From NCBI GenBank assembly GCA_963834385.1, contig CAWIBO010000003.1, positions 1 through 64,000 of the forward strand: a stretch of 64,000 bases of DNA, read 5' to 3'. The notes beneath the pieces are model-generated. The model did not search any database and was not told where the DNA came from. It saw only the letters and a program-made list of their open reading frames with translations. Both the position numbers and the translations under genes were made by a program. The stretch is from an uncultured Verrucomicrobiae bacterium (GTDB lineage Bacteria > Verrucomicrobiota > Verrucomicrobiia > Chthoniobacterales > UBA10450). This document shows positions 1 through 7,918 of this stretch, piece by piece (the stretch's first letter is position 1; each line of letters starts with the position of its first letter).

Positions 1-1313
1 TCGAAGCCAGCTTGGCAAAGCCGGACTTGAACGCCTCCACCAGCGTGTCGATCTCCGCTTCGGTCATCGGCGTGGAGAACACGCACGCACCCGTGCTGAT
101 GATGCTGCAACCTTCGTTGTAGAGGTGATCGAGCAACGCCTTGAGTCGGCGCGACTCGTCGGGCGTCGGGTAGGCATCGCGGTAATTTCGTGGCGGCGTC
201 TGCTTCATGTGCACCAGGAACATCGAGCCCGCCCCGGTGACGCTCGCGGGCGCGCCCGTCGCGCGGATCGCGTCTTCGATGCCGTTCCTGGCCCGATCGG
301 TCAGCGCGTTCAGGCGCGCCACCGCGGGTCGGTCGAACTTCAGCATCGCCGCCATGCCCGCGGTCATGCTGATCGGGTTGGCCGTGAATGTTCCGGAGTG
401 CGGGAACACGTAGCGGGGCGACTGCGGGTTGAGCACATCCATGACTTCGGCGCGGCCGGCGACGGCGCCAATGGGAAATCCACCGCCGATGATCTTGCCC
501 AGCGCGGTCAGGTCGGGCGTGACGTCGTAGCGCGCTTGCAAGCCGGCGTGCTCGGCCCGGAACGTGATGACTTCATCGAACACCAACAGCACCCCGTGGC
601 GCGCGGACCACTCGCGCAGCGCGGTGACGAACTCCCTATCCGCCGGACACAAGCCGACGCGGTGCGGCATCAGATCGATCAAGACGCACGCGAGGTCGCT
701 TGGCGTGCTCGTCCAGGATCGCCAGCGTGCGCTCGGTGTCGTTGAACGGAAAGACAACGACGTCCTTGAGCGCGGACTCGGGTGTCCCGTGCACCAGCGG
801 AACGCTGCGCGGATGGTCCCTTTCGCCCCAGGTCGCCGGGGTGGAGCCCTGGCTCACCTCGGCGTAGTCGTAGACGCCGTGGTAGGCGCCCTCGGCCTTG
901 GCGATCTTCGGCCGCCCGGTAAAGGCGCGGGCCGCCTTCAGCGCGACCATGATCGCCTCCGTGCCCGAGTTCATGAAGCGCATCTTCTCGAACGAGCGGT
1001 TGCGGCTGCACAAGTGCTCGGCATAGCGCACCTCGATCTCGGTTCCCATCATGAACGCGGTGCCGCGGGTCATCTGCTCCGTCACCGCCTCGATGATCTC
1101 GGGGCAGGCGTGGCCGTGGATCAGGGACGCCATGTTGTTGGAGAAGTCGATGCGCGTGACGCCGTCGAGGTCGGTCACGCGGCAGCCTTTGCCGGACTCG
1201 ACGTAGGTCGGGTGATTCCCCCGCAGGATCGCGTTGCGGCTGACGCCGCCGGGAAGGACTTTGAGGGCCCGCTCGTAGAGGGCGGCGCTGCGTGAAGTGG
1301 TTTGCGTGGTCAT
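1..1313 (-). CDS. Class III PLP aminotransferase (glutamate-1-semialdehyde aminomutase-like / beta-amino acid transaminase-like); frameshift near 700; runs off the left edge
   Basis: ORF 636..1313 has LPGGVSR, DLDG..RIDF, HGHA, FMNSGTEA and EGAYHG motifs. Removing one base at ~700 continues the frame as DLACVLIDLMP..LLVFDEVITFR..PDLTALGKIIGGGFPIGA (PLP lysine) to position 1. Confidence 0.9.
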
Positions 1314-1774
1314 ATTAGGCTGCTTGGTTCGTCGCTGTTTTGAGTGGGCAATTCTCCCGCAGAGACGCTGAGACGCGGAGGGTTATATTCTTCCAGTCCA
1401 TTGACGCAGCGTGTGATACCGCTCTTCAGAACAGCTTCACCAAAGTTCAGGAGGTATCCTAGCTTCAGTCCGGTCAAACGCAGGTAGGTCTGCACCTGTT
1501 TCTTGTGTGCCGGCACGATTCGCTCGACCGACTTGAGTTCCAAAAGAACCTTATTCTCGATGATGATGTCGGCCCGAAAGCCCTCGTCAAATCTGATCCC
1601 TTTGAAGACGATCGGCACCGGGACCTGCCGCTGCACCATTAACCCACGGTCGGACAACTCACGGGCCAAAATGACTTCGTAAACCGTCTCCAGGAGCCCC
1701 GGTCCAAGCTCCCGATGAATATGGATAGCCGCTTCGAGCAGCGTCGTTCCAATTTCATTTTCTTTCACTTCCAT
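1310..1774 (-). CDS. GxxExxY protein (PD-(D/E)XK nuclease-like)
   Basis: LGPGLLETVYE, FRADIIIENKVLLELKSVE and QVQTYLRLTGLKLGYLLNFG motifs; visibly more AT-rich than its neighbours. Confidence 0.92.
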   Translation of the reverse strand: MEVKENEIGTTLLEAAIHIHRELGPGLLETVYEVILARELSDRGLMVQRQVPVPIVFKGIRFDEGFRADIIIENKVLLELKSVERIVPAHKKQVQTYLRLTGLKLGYLLNFGEAVLKSGITRCVNGLEEYNPPRLSVSAGELPTQNSDEPSSLI

Positions 1775-1807
1775 ACAAACTCTGCGCCTCGGCGTCTCTG
1801 CGCGAGA
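1353..1807. repeat. Imperfect 28-bp inverted repeats bracketing the GxxExxY gene
   Basis: 1353-1380 tctcccgcagagacgctgagacgcggag versus the reverse complement of 1780-1807, tctcgcgcagagacgccgaggcgcagag (24/28 match, internal ~9-bp periodicity). Confidence 0.8.
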
Positions 1808-2494
1808 TCATTTTCCTCGCCGCCTGCTTTGATCCGTCACGGGGTGCGAAGCAGAGGCGCAGCCGGTGCGCTCCTGCACGTAATCGAAATCGATGCCGGG
1901 GCTCAGTTCGACGAGCTGAAATCCGTTCGGCGTGACTTCGATCACGGCGAGATCGGTGTAGATGCGGTTCACGACGGCCAATCCCGTCAGCGGAAAGGTG
2001 CATTTTTGCACGAGCTTCGCCTCGCCTTCCCGGGTGCAATGCTGGGTGATGACGAAGATCGATTTTACTCCCGCGACCAGGTCCATGGCGCCGCCGACGG
2101 CGGGGATGGCGTCGGGCTCGCCCGTGGACCAGTTGGCCAGATCGCCGTTCTGCGCGACCTGGAGCGCGCCGAGCACGCAAAGATCGAGGTGGCCGCCGCG
2201 GATCATGGCGAAGCTGTCCGCGTGATGAAAGTAGGCGGCGCCCGGCAGCGCCGTCACGCGCTGTTTGCCCGCATTGAGCAGCTCGGGATCGCCTTCGCCG
2301 GGCTCGGGCGCGGGGCCCATGCCGAGCAGGCCATTTTCCGTGTGATAGATGAACGAGCGGCCCGCCGGCACGAACCTGGTGACCAGCTCCGGAATGCCAA
2401 TGCCCAGATTCACATAGGAGCCGTCGGGAATATCCTGCGCCAGGCGCTGCGCCATCTCCTCGCGCGTTCGCCCGATGGCCGCTGGCTTCGTCAT
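1808..2494 (-). CDS. pcaJ: 3-oxoadipate CoA-transferase subunit B
   Basis: YVNLGIGIP, HTENG (catalytic Glu), NAGKQ, FHHADSFAMIRGGHLD, DLANW..IPAVGGAMDL; closely resembles PcaJ. Confidence 0.88.
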   Translation of the reverse strand: MTKPAAIGRTREEMAQRLAQDIPDGSYVNLGIGIPELVTRFVPAGRSFIYHTENGLLGMGPAPEPGEGDPELLNAGKQRVTALPGAAYFHHADSFAMIRGGHLDLCVLGALQVAQNGDLANWSTGEPDAIPAVGGAMDLVAGVKSIFVITQHCTREGEAKLVQKCTFPLTGLAVVNRIYTDLAVIEVTPNGFQLVELSPGIDFDYVQERTGCASASHPVTDQSRRRGK

Positions 2495-3202
2495 GGGTAG
2501 GAGGCTCCTGCGGCGACGAGTTCCGATTCGTGGGCCGGGTTGGCGATGGCGACGACGCGATCCACGAAGATGCCGGGCGTGACGATCGACTCGGGGTCCA
2601 GCTTGCCCGGCTCGACGATCTCGGCGACCTGGACAATCGTGACCTTGCCCGCCATGGCCATCAGCGGGCTGAAGTTCCGCGCCGTCTTGTTGTAAAGGAT
2701 GTTGCCGTGGGTGTCGGCGACCCGCCCTTTGATGAGCGAGAAATCGGCGCGGAGACCGTGCTCAAGCAGATACTTTCGGTCGCCGAATTCCCGGCATTCC
2801 TTGCCTTCCGCCAGCGGCGTTCCCACCGCGGACGGGCGTGTAGAACGCCGGGATGCCCGCTCCGCCGGCGCGGATGCGCTCCGCGAGCGTTCCCTGCGGA
2901 ACCAATTCCAATTTCGTGCGCCCGCTGCGGTAGAGCTCGGGGAAGACGGTCGAGTTGGCGGTGCGCGGAAACGAACAGATGACCTTGGAAACGCGGCCCG
3001 CCTTGAGCAGCGCCGCGAGGCCGACCTGGCCGCTGCCGGTGTTGTTGCTGATCGTCGTCAGATTCGTGGCGCCCTGGTCGATCAGCGCGTGGATGAGCTC
3101 GACCGGACTGCCCGCCTCGCCGAAACCGCCGATCATGATGGTGGCGCCGTCGAAGATGTCCGCGACAGCCTCGGCCGCGCTCGCCACCCGCTTGTCGATC
3201 AT
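2491..3202 (-). CDS. pcaI: 3-oxoadipate CoA-transferase subunit A; frameshift near 2835
   Basis: ORFs 2762..3202 and 2491..2826 join: GGFGEAG, SNN, PcaI-type CSFPR, PQGTLAERIRAGG / GTPLAEGKE, KTARNFSPLMA, IVTPGIFVDRV. Confidence 0.88.
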
Positions 3203-3205
3203 CGA

Positions 3206-4693
3206 TTACGCGTCTGCGAGAGCGGCTTGAAGAGCGCCGAGACTCGACGCCTCTCCGGCCGCCGTGGCGTGACCCGGCGCCTGTCCGGGTTTCGACACAC
3301 GCGCGTAGTGATACAAGCCGGCCTCGTCGAACAGCACGCGGTCCTCGTAGTCGTCGAACCAGAGCGCCTCGGGGTTGCGGCCGACGATGCAGACCTTGCC
3401 GCGGTCGGGGGCGCTGCCGGCGTTCCGAAGAATCTTGAAGATCAGGACGCCATTCTCGCTGCCCGCGAGTCCCGGGATCCCCTCGTTGGTGACCGCCGCC
3501 ACTTCGGTCTTGCCTTTGTAATGCGTGATGGAAAGGCGCGCGTGAGTCTCGACGCCCGACAACCCCTTTTGCGAGGTGTTGAGGATATTCCACGCGGTCT
3601 CGATCGGCACGTTGAACGCCTTGTAGGCGATGATGTCGCGCCCGCAGAAGAAGTAATGGTTCTCGCCGCCGGCGCGCTTGAACTCGCGCTGCAGAATGCG
3701 GAGGGCGTCCGCGTCATCGTTGATGCCCTTCATGATCGGCGCCTGGTTCTCCACGGAGAGCCAGCCGCGCGCGGCCAGGCCCCGCATGCCTTCGCCCGTC
3801 GCGGGGACCCATTGCTTCAAGCCCTGCGCGTCCTCGAGGTAGTTTCCTTCCGCATCCTTGGCGAGGAACTCGTCCGGGTGCTCGAAGTGCAGCATCATGT
3901 GCAGGCCGACCTCCGGGTAGGTCTCGTGGAAGCGATCGAGCATCGAGAGGAAGGTGTGGTCGAAGCGCTGGGGATAGAACGCCATCTCCTTGGTGCCGAT
4001 GCGGATCGATTCGACGCCGGCTTCGGCGAGCGCGCCGAGCCAGGCCGCGATCTTGGAATTGTTCAGCACCATCGGGTCGCCGCCCGAAAGCAGGATCTCG
4101 CGCAGCTTCTCGCGTCCGCTTTCGGGGTGCACGCCGCCGTTCGCCGCGACCTCCGCGTTGTGCTGCTTGATGTAGGGGATGATCTCGGGGATCATCGCCA
4201 GACCCTTCTTTGCGATGGTGCCGTCCTTTCGCTTGATCTGCTTGCGGGCGATCAATTCTTCGCGGTAGCAGAAGCGGCAGTGGGCCGAGCAGGTCGCGAC
4301 GACATACATGAGTCCCATCTCGTACTTGTGCAGCAGGCCCTCGACGGGGCTGTAGTCCATCTGGTTCCCGGGATCCTCCGAGCCCGCAAGGTCCATCGTC
4401 TCGCCGGGGTCGGCCTTGACGATGCGCTGAATGGCGGCGCTGGTCCGGGCCAGGTCGTAGTAATGGCGCGTGATCTTCACCGGCATCCGGGATTCCACGT
4501 CACGCTCGGTGCCCTTGAGCGCTTGCAGGTTCGTCACCTCGTCCCTGGAGTAGAAGTTGAGCATGTCCGCCGGCGCCTTCTCGTGGAAGAAGGGGCCGAG
4601 CCCACTGATAATTTGCCGGTCGTAACGGCCTTCTTCGACGCTTTCGAGAAACTTCTGCTCGCGTGCGGTGGGGACGTGGGGTTGTGGTGTCAT
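3206..4693 (-). CDS. KamA-family radical SAM/PLP 2,3-aminomutase (divergent; substrate probably not lysine)
   Basis: DP..GLLHKY, CSAHCRFCYR (CxxxCxxC), REILLSGGDP, IRIGT, HFEHPDE, NQAPIMKGINDD and C-terminal YKGK (candidate PLP lysine), all collinear with lysine 2,3-aminomutase. Confidence 0.88.
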   Translation of the reverse strand: MTPQPHVPTAREQKFLESVEEGRYDRQIISGLGPFFHEKAPADMLNFYSRDEVTNLQALKGTERDVESRMPVKITRHYYDLARTSAAIQRIVKADPGETMDLAGSEDPGNQMDYSPVEGLLHKYEMGLMYVVATCSAHCRFCYREELIARKQIKRKDGTIAKKGLAMIPEIIPYIKQHNAEVAANGGVHPESGREKLREILLSGGDPMVLNNSKIAAWLGALAEAGVESIRIGTKEMAFYPQRFDHTFLSMLDRFHETYPEVGLHMMLHFEHPDEFLAKDAEGNYLEDAQGLKQWVPATGEGMRGLAARGWLSVENQAPIMKGINDDADALRILQREFKRAGGENHYFFCGRDIIAYKAFNVPIETAWNILNTSQKGLSGVETHARLSITHYKGKTEVAAVTNEGIPGLAGSENGVLIFKILRNAGSAPDRGKVCIVGRNPEALWFDDYEDRVLFDEAGLYHYARVSKPGQAPGHATAAGEASSLGALQAALADA

Positions 4694-4789
4694 CGTTCGG
4701 GCTCCTAAGGATTAATGTCGGTCGATCGGTTCGCGATTTTACGCCCAAATCCCCCTCCTATAAAGGCATTTTGTGGCGAAGCCGATCGT

Positions 4790-5029
4790 GCGAGGGACGT
4801 GCGGCGTTGCCTCTGGTGGGCGGGCGCCGGTGGTAGATCGGGGGGTCCCTCGCCGTCTGCGCGGCTCGGGATGACGCGCGCGCGGGGGGCGGTGCCTGCT
4901 CTTGCCTTGTCATCCTGAGCGGAGCGAAGGACCTCGCGAGGGACGTGCGGCGTTGCCTCTGGTGGGCGGGCGTCCGGTGGTAGATCGAGGGGTCCCTCGC
5001 CGTCTGCGCGGCTCGGGATGACGCGCGCG
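4790..5029. repeat. Two ~93-bp direct repeats containing REP-like palindromic units
   Basis: 4790-4882 and 4936-5029 are nearly identical (gcgagggacgtgcggcgttgcc...gctcgggatgacgcgcgcg). The spacer contains gtcatcctgagcggagcgaaggacctc (4909-4935), which is related in inverted orientation to ...ggtccctcgccgtctgcgcggctcgggatgac. Confidence 0.88.
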
Positions 5030-5162
5030 TGGGGGAGGGGTGCGACTTGCGACCGGCTTCCGGTGGAGGAATAGTGGCGGAGGTCGCTTCGCGTCAGACG
5101 TGAAAGCCGCATGAGGTTGTCCCTGCGGCGAGCTTCGCGAAGGGGCCAGAAAACTTACATTT

Positions 5163-6401
5163 ATGGAACCTGTCTACATTCTCGGCGGCGGCCGCACTGA
5201 TTTTAAACGCAACCTCAAAAAAGAGGGCAAAACCATCCGTGACCTGATCGTGGAGGCGGGGCAGGCGGCCCTGAAGGACGCGAAGATCGATCCCTCGCAT
5301 ATCGAAGCGGCCGCGGTGGGCAACTTCAACTCCGGCCAGTTCACCAAACAGCTTCATCTCGGCGCGTTTGTCCCGGAGATTGACCCGGCGCTCCATGGTA
5401 TTCCGACCATGCACACGGAGGCGGCCTGCGCCTCCGGCGCCCTCTCCGTCCTGCTTGGGGCGCAGTGGGTCATGGGCGGCTTCCACGACGCCGTGCTCGT
5501 CGTCGGCGCGGAACAGCAGAAAACGATGTCGTCCAAGGATGGCTCGGATGTGCTGGGAGCGGCGGCGGATTATCACGTCGAGCAGCCCGAATACGGCGAC
5601 TTTATGTTTCCGAAACTGTTCGGACGCATCGCGCAGATCTACATCGAGGAATACGGGGCTTCGGAGAAGGAACTTTCCTGGGTGGCTTACAAAAATTACG
5701 CGCATGCGCGGTTGAACCCGATGGCGCAAATGCGCGATGCGGATCTGACCTACGATTCCGCTTCCCAGGTGTCGGATAAAAACCCGAGCGTGGCGCCGCC
5801 GTTGAAAGTGTCGGATTGCTCGCAGATCACCGATGGCGGCGCGGCCCTCGTCCTCGTCTCAGGCAAATACATGGACAAGATGGGCCTCGATAAATCGAAG
5901 CACCCACGTCTCCTCGGCTTCGGCAGCTCGACTGATTATTTGGCGCTGGAGAAGAAAGACGCGCCGACGTTTTCGACTGCAAAAAAGGCAGCGGAAAAGG
6001 CATTCGGAATGGCAAATCTCACGCCAAAAGAGATGCATGGCGTCGAGGTGCACGATTGCTTTTCCATCACGGAAATCTGCGCCTACGAGATCCTCGGTCT
6101 GGCCGAGCGCGGCAAGGGCGCCGAGCTGGCGAAGAGCGGCGCGACCGCGCTCCCGCAGGTGCGGGGCGAGCACATCAAAGGCAAGGTCGGCTGGGAAATC
6201 CCGGTGAACGTGGGCGGCGGCCTGATTGGCGACGGTCATCCGGTCGGAGCGACCGGCGTGCGGCAGGTTTACGAGGCCTACCAGCAGCTCACCGGACAAG
6301 GTGGGAAGCGGCAGATTGAAGGCTGCCAGCGTTACCTGACCTTTAACATGGGCGGCAGCCTGACCACGGCCGTGGCCATGGTCTGGGGCGCGGGCGAGTA
6401 G
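5163..6401 (+). CDS. Thiolase, SCP2/SCP-x type (acetyl-CoA acyltransferase)
   Basis: EAACASG (catalytic Cys), CSQITDGGAA, EVHDCF and GHPVGATG motifs. Confidence 0.9.
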   Translation: MEPVYILGGGRTDFKRNLKKEGKTIRDLIVEAGQAALKDAKIDPSHIEAAAVGNFNSGQFTKQLHLGAFVPEIDPALHGIPTMHTEAACASGALSVLLGAQWVMGGFHDAVLVVGAEQQKTMSSKDGSDVLGAAADYHVEQPEYGDFMFPKLFGRIAQIYIEEYGASEKELSWVAYKNYAHARLNPMAQMRDADLTYDSASQVSDKNPSVAPPLKVSDCSQITDGGAALVLVSGKYMDKMGLDKSKHPRLLGFGSSTDYLALEKKDAPTFSTAKKAAEKAFGMANLTPKEMHGVEVHDCFSITEICAYEILGLAERGKGAELAKSGATALPQVRGEHIKGKVGWEIPVNVGGGLIGDGHPVGATGVRQVYEAYQQLTGQGGKRQIEGCQRYLTFNMGGSLTTAVAMVWGAGE

Positions 6402-6404
6402 AAA

Positions 6405-6452
6405 TTATGGAGGCCGGGTTGCCAAGACGGCTTACAAAGCCGTCCTCCATAA
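6405..6452. terminator. Hairpin between convergent genes (possible bidirectional terminator)
   Basis: ttatggagg...cctccataa outer stem with an inner gacggct/agccgtc stem. Confidence 0.45.
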
Positions 6453-6459
6453 AGCCTGG

Positions 6460-7629
6460 CTACGGCTTCATCACGACCTTGATGCAGCCATCTTCCTTGT
6501 CGCGGAATTTTTTGTACATCTCCGGTCCGTCATCGAGCCGGCAGCGGTGGGTGATGACGAAGGAAGGATCGATCTCGTTCTGCTGGATGCGCCGGAGGAG
6601 ATCGTCCGTCCAGCGGTTCACGTGCGTCTGGCCCATGCGAAAGGTGAGACCCTTGTTCATGGCCGCGCCGAAGGGGATTTTGTCGATCAATCCCCCGTAA
6701 ACGCCGGGGATCGAGAGAATGCCGGCGGGCCGGCAGACATACATCATCTCGCGCAGGACGTGCGGCCGGTCGGTCTCGAGCATGACCGCCTGTTTCAAGC
6801 GGTCGTAGATGTGCTCGAGCGAACTGGTGGCGTGCGCCTCCATGCCGACCGCGTCGATGCACTTGTCCGGGCCTTTCCCGCGGGTGAGATCGTTTAAACG
6901 TTCCAGGACGCTTTCCTCCTCGAAATTGATGGTGACGGCGCCGGCGGCGCGCGCCATGGCGAGGCGTTCCGGCACCCGGTCGATCGCCACCACCTGCTGG
7001 GCGCCGAGGAGGAGGGCGCTCCGGATGGCAAACTGCGCCACCGGCCCGCATCCCCAGATGGCGACGATGTCGCTCGACTGAATGTCGCATTGCGCGGCGG
7101 CCTGCCAGCCGGTCGGGAAAATGTCGCTCAGGAAAAGCACCTGCTCATCGGTCATGCCCTCCGGGACCTTGACCGGGGCGACATCGGCAAAGGGCACGCG
7201 GACATATTCCGCCTGGCCGCCGGCGTAGCCGCCGGTGAGATGGGTGTAGCCGAAAAGACCGGCGGTGGTGTGACCGAAGAGCTTGTCCGCCGTCTCCTTG
7301 TTGCGATTGGTCCGCTCGCAGACGGAATAATTGCCGCGCCGGCATTGCTCGCATTCGCCGCAGATGATGGTGAACGGGACGACGACCCGGTCGCCGACCT
7401 TGAGTTTCTTGTTCCCCTTGCCGACCTCGACGACCTCCCCCATGAACTCGTGGCCGATGATGTCGCCCTTCTCCATCCCGACCATGAAGTTGTTGTAGAG
7501 ATGGAGATCGCTGCCGCAGATGGCGGTGCTGGTGACCTTGACGATGGCGTCGCGCGGATCCTCGATGACGGGATCCGGGACTTTCTCCACGCGAACGTCT
7601 TCCTTGCCGTGCCAGCAGATTGCCCTCAT
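6460..7629 (-). CDS. Zinc-dependent alcohol dehydrogenase, formaldehyde dehydrogenase-like (YbdR-type)
   Basis: [41 protein letters not shown] and GCGPV motifs; start placed at ATG 7629. Confidence 0.9.
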   Translation of the reverse strand: MRAICWHGKEDVRVEKVPDPVIEDPRDAIVKVTSTAICGSDLHLYNNFMVGMEKGDIIGHEFMGEVVEVGKGNKKLKVGDRVVVPFTIICGECEQCRRGNYSVCERTNRNKETADKLFGHTTAGLFGYTHLTGGYAGGQAEYVRVPFADVAPVKVPEGMTDEQVLFLSDIFPTGWQAAAQCDIQSSDIVAIWGCGPVAQFAIRSALLLGAQQVVAIDRVPERLAMARAAGAVTINFEEESVLERLNDLTRGKGPDKCIDAVGMEAHATSSLEHIYDRLKQAVMLETDRPHVLREMMYVCRPAGILSIPGVYGGLIDKIPFGAAMNKGLTFRMGQTHVNRWTDDLLRRIQQNEIDPSFVITHRCRLDDGPEMYKKFRDKEDGCIKVVMKP

Positions 7630-7918
7630 AAAAAAATTTCCCGAAGCGACCGCGACGAAAGGCCGCGGGTTACTTGTAAGGAAACGCGCGCGCGAACGAT
7701 GCCGGTCGCTAGAAACGGCCCGGCACTGGCGTCGGCAGGGGCTGGTCGCTGAAGAACTGGCGTCCCGGATTCGAAACGGAGCTGTCCCGGAAGCGGCCCC
7801 ATTTGGCTCTTTTGCGCCCGCGCTGTTCATTCGCAAACCATACGACGGGAGACAGTTATAAATGTTGATGGCATCGTGGCACAGGCCCTGCGATAGGGGA
7901 GGCACCCTGCTTCTCCCA

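Noticed and set aside
1..1313. Calling the aminotransferase hemL
   Set aside because: It lacks the HemL PGGVNSPVRAF signature (PGGVSRNA here) and has no tetrapyrrole gene context.
3206..4693. Calling the radical SAM gene epmB or canonical kamA
   Set aside because: There are no efp/epmA or lysine-fermentation neighbours, the protein is longer than EpmB, and the lysine-binding aspartates appear to be absent.
4790..5029. Repeat region as a CRISPR array, or ORF 4705..5112 as a protein
   Set aside because: There are only two long units and no cas genes. The ORF (VIPSRADGEGP repeats) is a translation of the palindromic repeat.
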